DNA from: a virus
Taxonomy: Duplodnaviria; Caudoviricetes
Reading direction: 5' to 3' (one strand)
Length of the DNA stretch: 64,000 bases
Virus record (IMG/VR): IMGVR_UViG_3300037851_000284
Span: 96,001-160,000 of that record
The position numbers and the translations under genes are program-made. Below are positions 59,048 to 64,000 of this stretch, in pieces; positions within the stretch are counted from its first letter, which is position 1, and each line of letters begins with the position of its first letter. The notes beneath the pieces were generated by a model that searched no databases, had not been told where the DNA came from, and was given only the letters and a program-made list of their open reading frames with translations.

Positions 59048-62000
59048 TATCCATATTTCCTATCCAATTGTGATGAACCAAAGCTTGGTATACTTGTAGT
59101 ATAGTTAGAATATATAAGGTTCGGCTTTGTTTTCCACTCATTTAACAACGGGTTAGAATTACTATAAGAGTTCTTTAAGATATTATTTATTATATTACTA
59201 CGTTGTTTTTTATCATTCATTTTGTTTAATCGTATAAATGCTTCTTTTGAGAAGGAAGCATTAACGGTGTCCAAAGGAACCCGTCTATCAAGTTCTAAAT
59301 CAGATAGTATTCCGTTATGATTTCCATTAATATCAGAACCTAAATCAACAAACCCGTCTAGAGGATTTAATGAATTAGACATTTGGTTTGGTCTAAAAAA
59401 ATTAGCAGCTAGAAATACTGCCGCTCCTATAGCTCCAAATTTTCCAGTAGTTTTAGTAAAATTAATTGCTCTAGGATATTCTCTTAGAATCCTTGATCCA
59501 AAGCTTTCTGCTGCCTCATTAAAATTAATGTTTTCATAAGGCTCGCCTATTTTAAGTTTATCTAATATACTAATAGCTTTATTCAGTTCTGTTTGTTCAC
59601 TAATCCAAGCCTTTGATTCTCCCTTTGTTCCAAACTTTTGATGATATTTTATTATTCCTTCAGTTAATAGTTGATGAGCCTTATCTCTTTCTTCGTTTGT
59701 TTCAAAATAATCAGATAAGATATCCTTTAACGCTAAACGTGTCTCTGGATTTTTATTATATGGATTTGTTAATGCTGCTACTGCTAAAGAAATTCTCTTA
59801 ATTTTATCGACTCCGTGCTTAATCATGCTAATTGGTAGTTGTTCCATTCCAGCCAATCCAGTAGTTAATGATGTTCCTATAAACTTATTTAAAGTAAGAG
59901 TGTTATTTTTAGATAAGCTATCCATCTGCATTATTTGTCTACCTCTGGTTTCTAATATATTTGTGAATATACCAACTGCTCTTTTAGAAACAGACATCAA
60001 GGCTGATTCGTCCACCATCTTTTTAACTATATCATTAGTAACTACACTTGGATCCCTAGTTGAAATTTTTTCAACCATATCTATTAGATTTCTAAAGTTT
60101 CCTTTAATAGCATCTTCTGCGTCTTGACTTCCTAGTTCTACGGTTTTCTCGCTAATTCTTCCCGTTTCTCTATCAAAATATCCAACTCTAGCTTTTGAAT
60201 TTTCAAAACCAATAATTTTTCTTTGTTCACTTATAGCATCTCGAACCGTTTTAAATTTACCGTTCTCTTTTATCTTAGTATTTAATATATCAATAAATGA
60301 CCTGTTAACAGATTCGTGTAAGTTTAACAATTCTTTTTCTGTATTAAAAGCATGTACCACTCCAAACATTTGGTCTCCGTCAACGTCTCCTCCAACCAAC
60401 TTCCAATATTCTGCAGCAACTGCTATTCTATTAATATCCATTCCAAAATAACTTGCTATTTCTTTAGGAACAACATTGAATCTAGCTGTTAAAAAAGGAT
60501 TGGTTCCAGAAGGAGTATAAGGAGGACGAGTAATAAAACCAGTAAATTTTCTATGCATCCATGCTCTATTTTTAATTTCAGAACCGAACACATTACTTAT
60601 TCTATCATAAAAATTTTTGGTTTGGAGAAATTCAGATTCTTTAACATCAAATTCGAACTTTTTAAAAGTTTCTTCATGAACCATAACATCATGTAGTGAA
60701 AAGTCATTAACTACGTTTCTAGTCCACTTATCTAGAAACTCTGCGTGCTTTCCTTTAAATCCTCTTGCTCCCCAACCTTCAGAATCCATAATATCTTTAA
60801 GTCTTAAATATAAAGAATTAGCATCTTGAGCAGAAGCAGCAAACCCTTGAGGAAGATGGAGGTCTGTTTCAGAATTATATACATGCCTTAGTAAATATGT
60901 AAGATATTGTTTTTTAAGGAAATCTACAGATTCGCCAACAACCTTAGAATCTTCTTTTTTCATATTTTTTTCTGCCATCATATATGCAAGAAGAACATCA
61001 TCCATTAATTTAGTACTTCTGGTAGAAAATCCAAAAGCTGTTCCCTTTTTATTCTCCTTAGATACTAAGTTAATAACATTTTCGTGATGAGCAGGAGCTT
61101 CCATTAAAAGATATTTTAATTTAACAGTCTTATTAGTTTTATCAACTTCTGCTACAAAACTATCTTTCTTTTTCTTTAGTTTATCAAAGATATTTAATAC
61201 TTCATCCGTAGATGGCAATTCGTCTTTTGTGGCAATTTGATGTAACAAGCTCTCTATATCTAGAGTTATTGTATTACCTAATTTAGGATTAACTGATAAT
61301 GCAAACACTCCTTTCTTTTGAGCTAACATAGCTCTTTGTTGCGCCGATTCTAAAGACATAATAGTTCTGTTCTTGGGATCTATTACGGCTTTAGCAAAAT
61401 TATCATTCTCCATATCATCAATTATTTCTCCAGCAACCTTTAACTTTTCTTCTTCAGAATTCTCATTAATAATATCAGATACTTTTTCAATTAATTCATT
61501 TTTTTCATCGTCTCCAAAATTATATCTTTTAAGTGCTTCTAACGATAATCCTTTTTTAATATCTAATATATCATCTATCTCCTCCAGACTTAACGTTTTC
61601 ATTGTGCCAATATTAATCATTTTTAACTGGAGTCGCCTAAAGGATCTAATAGCATCTCCAAGTTTACCAGATATTCTATGTGCTCTAGCCATTTCTATTA
61701 TCTTTAAAGAAGTAGTATCTAATGCTCCCAGATGGGCTTTTTGTAATATATTTCTTCTTACTTTTATACGCGCGGGTCTAGCTTCAGTCCCATTCATTAT
61801 AGCATAAAAACTAAATCTATCAGGATGTTCTATTCCTATATCCCATTTTCCTCTACCTTTATATTTCTGTCTTGCCTCAAATAACATAGGAACTAATTTA
61901 CCTGTTCTAATAGCTTCTAAATCCGGTAAGATTAATTCATTATAGAAAGTATTATCGAAAGCTTTGTCCTTAAAAACGGCGCTAGCCAATCTAGCTGATT

Positions 62001-64000
62001 TGTTTTCGTCTTTAGATATTTCTTCAAGATAATTATTATATATGTTGCGTATGTTCTTTTTAGCGTTTTCTACTCCACCTAAAGCATTATAATAATTTTC
62101 TGCCCTTTCTGTCGTCCAAACTTGTCCAGTATCGATCATGAAAGATCTTAATTCTTCAGTAGTTAGAGAAACGTTTCCAAAGAATTTATGAGCAGCATTA
62201 ATCAAATTAACATCAGTAACGTTAGGAAACGAGCCAAGATGCGACGACCGATGTATAGGTATTTTGGTTATATCATGTATATCGGAATTCATCTTTGCCG
62301 CCCAATATTTAAGCTTTTGTTCGGCTACTACTTGTTCTTGAATAGTACCGTTTTCCATTACATTCAGCAAGTGGTCAAATCCCTTCATAACAGTAATGGT
62401 TTTCATTGGTCCAACATAACCCTTCTCTAGAAACTGGGCTGGACCAAATCCCTGCACTCCACCATACATTTTTTCTCGGGTAATCATATCCATGAATACA
62501 GATACTGCTTTACCACTAAGTCCTTTACCAACCATTGATACCCTATCTTTATCCGTGATAACATATTTGATATCAGCCATCATTTTAATAGAACCAGCAC
62601 TATCATTCCAGATATTTAATTTAGTAATTCTTCCATTAACAGGAGCATTAAAACTAATTTTTCCCAAATCTCCTCTCGAAGCCATATACTTTGTTCCCTT
62701 TGGAATTTTTGTAAGTCCTTCGTTTTCCTGTATAACTTCATAAGCCGCATAGTCATAATCGTCCTTGGTTAGAGCACTACCTTTTTTACTTTTAATTACT
62801 CTTAACTTTTCTTTAATCTTTCCCTCAAGTTTAAGAACTTGATAATTAAAACTAGGATCCTCGGCCCTAGAAGAAACATCAGAAAGATTAACTCCTATAT
62901 CAGTATGCTCAAGATTAACATCTTTAAATATTTCAGAAGTAAGATGATGTCCTCCTTCTTGGCTTCCAAAGTTAGAAATAGTTGAAAAATATTTTACCAT
63001 AACTGTATTACTAAATAAATGAGTCATAGCATCTGCGTCTCTGCCAAAACTCATAAAGTCTAATTCTCCTCTAGATATCCATGGAGGGATAATCTTACGG
63101 GCATATTTTCTTAACACGAGAGGATCTAATCTTTCATTCATGGATTTGCTATGTAGACCAGCGACTACAGCAGAAGTTCCCATCATAAATTGGTTAGCTT
63201 GTTTTGCTGGAGGATAATCTGGAATGGGTAAAAAATGTCTAGTAGTAAATATAGAGAAAGCATATTTAGCCGCTTGACCAGAAGATAATGCTGTAGAAGA
63301 AGGAATAAATCCAAATAAGTTTGTCATTTCTATATCTCTAGCATCTTTTATTTGGTCGTCAAACGACTTAAATGCGTGATAAGAATTATATTTATATTCT
63401 AACTCTTCATATGCCGAATCAAATTGTTTTTTTCCTTTATGATATTTTTCCAATTCGTGACCTAATAATAAATGTAATAACATACTGTCGGTTCCAGCAT
63501 CGTGAGCAAATAGAGTTTTGTCATTATTTAATTTTTTTAATAAGGCAGTACTAACCACTAAATTACTTTGTGGTCTACCTCTCAAAGTATTTATTGCTTC
63601 TATAATATTATTACTTGTTTCAAAATTATGAGCAGATAAACCTTTTTCTTTCATCATTAGCTTTAATAAATTAGTTTGAGACAATGACTCTACTCCACCA
63701 ACCACTACTCTATTAATTTCTACAATTCCATGAACGTCTATATGACTAATATTAGCATATTTTTTAAGTTTGCTAAAACCGATGGGGTCCTTAGATTCTA
63801 AAATTTCAAGCATTTTGAAATCGTAATAGGTTCCGAATTTAGAAGTAAGATATATAGGTTTGTCAGGATTTTCTTCAACAACCCTGATTATTTTTTCTAC
63901 CAAATGTCTTGCGATATCGTTGTTATCTTTAAAATCTCTTCCCTGAGTTTTTGTTAACGATTTTATTTTTTCTCCCCATTTGTTAATAATATCTTCTGGG
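59047..64000 (-). CDS. Large (>=1650 aa) putative two-barrel RNA polymerase / tape-measure-position protein; 5' end outside window
   Basis: Frame is open to the window edge (PEDIINKWGEK...HLVEKII). Contains ITRPP followed 47 codons later by LVGGDVDGD (DxDGD at 60373-60387), and a hydrophobic GAIGAAVFLAANFF near the C-terminus. Confidence 0.65.
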   Translation of the reverse strand, partial: PEDIINKWGEKIKSLTKTQGRDFKDNNDIARHLVEKIIRVVEENPDKPIYLTSKFGTYYDFKMLEILESKDPIGFSKLKKYANISHIDVHGIVEINRVVVGGVESLSQTNLLKLMMKEKGLSAHNFETSNNIIEAINTLRGRPQSNLVVSTALLKKLNNDKTLFAHDAGTDSMLLHLLLGHELEKYHKGKKQFDSAYEELEYKYNSYHAFKSFDDQIKDARDIEMTNLFGFIPSSTALSSGQAAKYAFSIFTTRHFLPIPDYPPAKQANQFMMGTSAVVAGLHSKSMNERLDPLVLRKYARKIIPPWISRGELDFMSFGRDADAMTHLFSNTVMVKYFSTISNFGSQEGGHHLTSEIFKDVNLEHTDIGVNLSDVSSRAEDPSFNYQVLKLEGKIKEKLRVIKSKKGSALTKDDYDYAAYEVIQENEGLTKIPKGTKYMASRGDLGKISFNAPVNGRITKLNIWNDSAGSIKMMADIKYVITDKDRVSMVGKGLSGKAVSVFMDMITREKMYGGVQGFGPAQFLEKGYVGPMKTITVMKGFDHLLNVMENGTIQEQVVAEQKLKYWAAKMNSDIHDITKIPIHRSSHLGSFPNVTDVNLINAAHKFFGNVSLTTEELRSFMIDTGQVWTTERAENYYNALGGVENAKKNIRNIYNNYLEEISKDENKSARLASAVFKDKAFDNTFYNELILPDLEAIRTGKLVPMLFEARQKYKGRGKWDIGIEHPDRFSFYAIMNGTEARPARIKVRRNILQKAHLGALDTTSLKIIEMARAHRISGKLGDAIRSFRRLQLKMINIGTMKTLSLEEIDDILDIKKGLSLEALKRYNFGDDEKNELIEKVSDIINENSEEEKLKVAGEIIDDMENDNFAKAVIDPKNRTIMSLESAQQRAMLAQKKGVFALSVNPKLGNTITLDIESLLHQIATKDELPSTDEVLNIFDKLKKKKDSFVAEVDKTNKTVKLKYLLMEAPAHHENVINLVSKENKKGTAFGFSTRSTKLMDDVLLAYMMAEKNMKKEDSKVVGESVDFLKKQYLTYLLRHVYNSETDLHLPQGFAASAQDANSLYLRLKDIMDSEGWGARGFKGKHAEFLDKWTRNVVNDFSLHDVMVHEETFKKFEFDVKESEFLQTKNFYDRISNVFGSEIKNRAWMHRKFTGFITRPPYTPSGTNPFLTARFNVVPKEIASYFGMDINRIAVAAEYWKLVGGDVDGDQMFGVVHAFNTEKELLNLHESVNRSFIDILNTKIKENGKFKTVRDAISEQRKIIGFENSKARVGYFDRETGRISEKTVELGSQDAEDAIKGNFRNLIDMVEKISTRDPSVVTNDIVKKMVDESALMSVSKRAVGIFTNILETRGRQIMQMDSLSKNNTLTLNKFIGTSLTTGLAGMEQLPISMIKHGVDKIKRISLAVAALTNPYNKNPETRLALKDILSDYFETNEERDKAHQLLTEGIIKYHQKFGTKGESKAWISEQTELNKAISILDKLKIGEPYENINFNEAAESFGSRILREYPRAINFTKTTGKFGAIGAAVFLAANFFRPNQMSNSLNPLDGFVDLGSDINGNHNGILSDLELDRRVPLDTVNASFSKEAFIRLNKMNDKKQRSNIINNILKNSYSNSNPLLNEWKTKPNLIYSNYTTSIPSFGSSQLDRKYG

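Noticed and set aside
1679-63554. Short opposite-strand ORFs in the track (e.g. 14966..15412, 15649..15954, 41351..41695, 61373..61807)
   Set aside because: They lie largely or wholly antisense to well-supported genes, show the Ser/Phe/Leu/Ile-rich composition typical of antisense shadows, and carry no motifs.
59047-64000. T7/N4-type single-subunit RNA polymerase or primase
   Set aside because: No recognisable right-hand-fold motifs; GGDxDGD with an upstream RxP fits the double-psi-barrel class instead.
1-64000. tRNA, rRNA, CRISPR array, integrase/transposase, diversity-generating retroelement
   Set aside because: Almost no non-coding space, and I saw no spaced direct repeats, cloverleaf-like segments, reverse-transcriptase or recombinase motifs, or template/variable repeat pair. 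Not verified computationally.

Overview
AT-rich window (roughly 25-30% GC in sampled lines) that reads as part of a large contractile-tailed (jumbo-myovirus-like) phage genome, standard genetic code. It has two convergent, tightly coupled gene blocks. The + strand block (1-19853) is a ~20-kb glycan-biosynthesis cluster: an RmlB-like dehydratase with a LAGLIDADG intein, two NDP-sugar C-methyltransferase paralogs, a twitch/SPASM radical SAM enzyme, a B12-radical SAM enzyme with an HNH intein, three further SDR epimerase/reductases, FkbM and class I methyltransferases, about five glycosyltransferase-like proteins and WecB. It also carries a free-standing HNH gene, GroES and a ClpP-like protein. 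The - strand block (19838-64000) is a ~44-kb virion module. In gene order it encodes a >1650-aa protein with a two-barrel RNA-polymerase GGDVDGD motif in the slot normally held by the tape measure, a 2349-aa hub, spike, gp25-like and J-like baseplate proteins, wedge/fibre/beta-helix/LamG proteins and a four-member paralog family. Most notable: (1) Ser-Gly dipeptides are strongly enriched in outer baseplate/fibre proteins and absent from the 2349-aa hub, next to the glycan cluster, suggesting a phage virion-glycosylation system with an SG sequon; (2) a probable tail-associated RNA polymerase; (3) stop codons and a decayed adaptor module recording receptor-domain shuffling at 37.4-42.2 kb. All product calls come from motif recognition and all counts are manual; no database searches were run.
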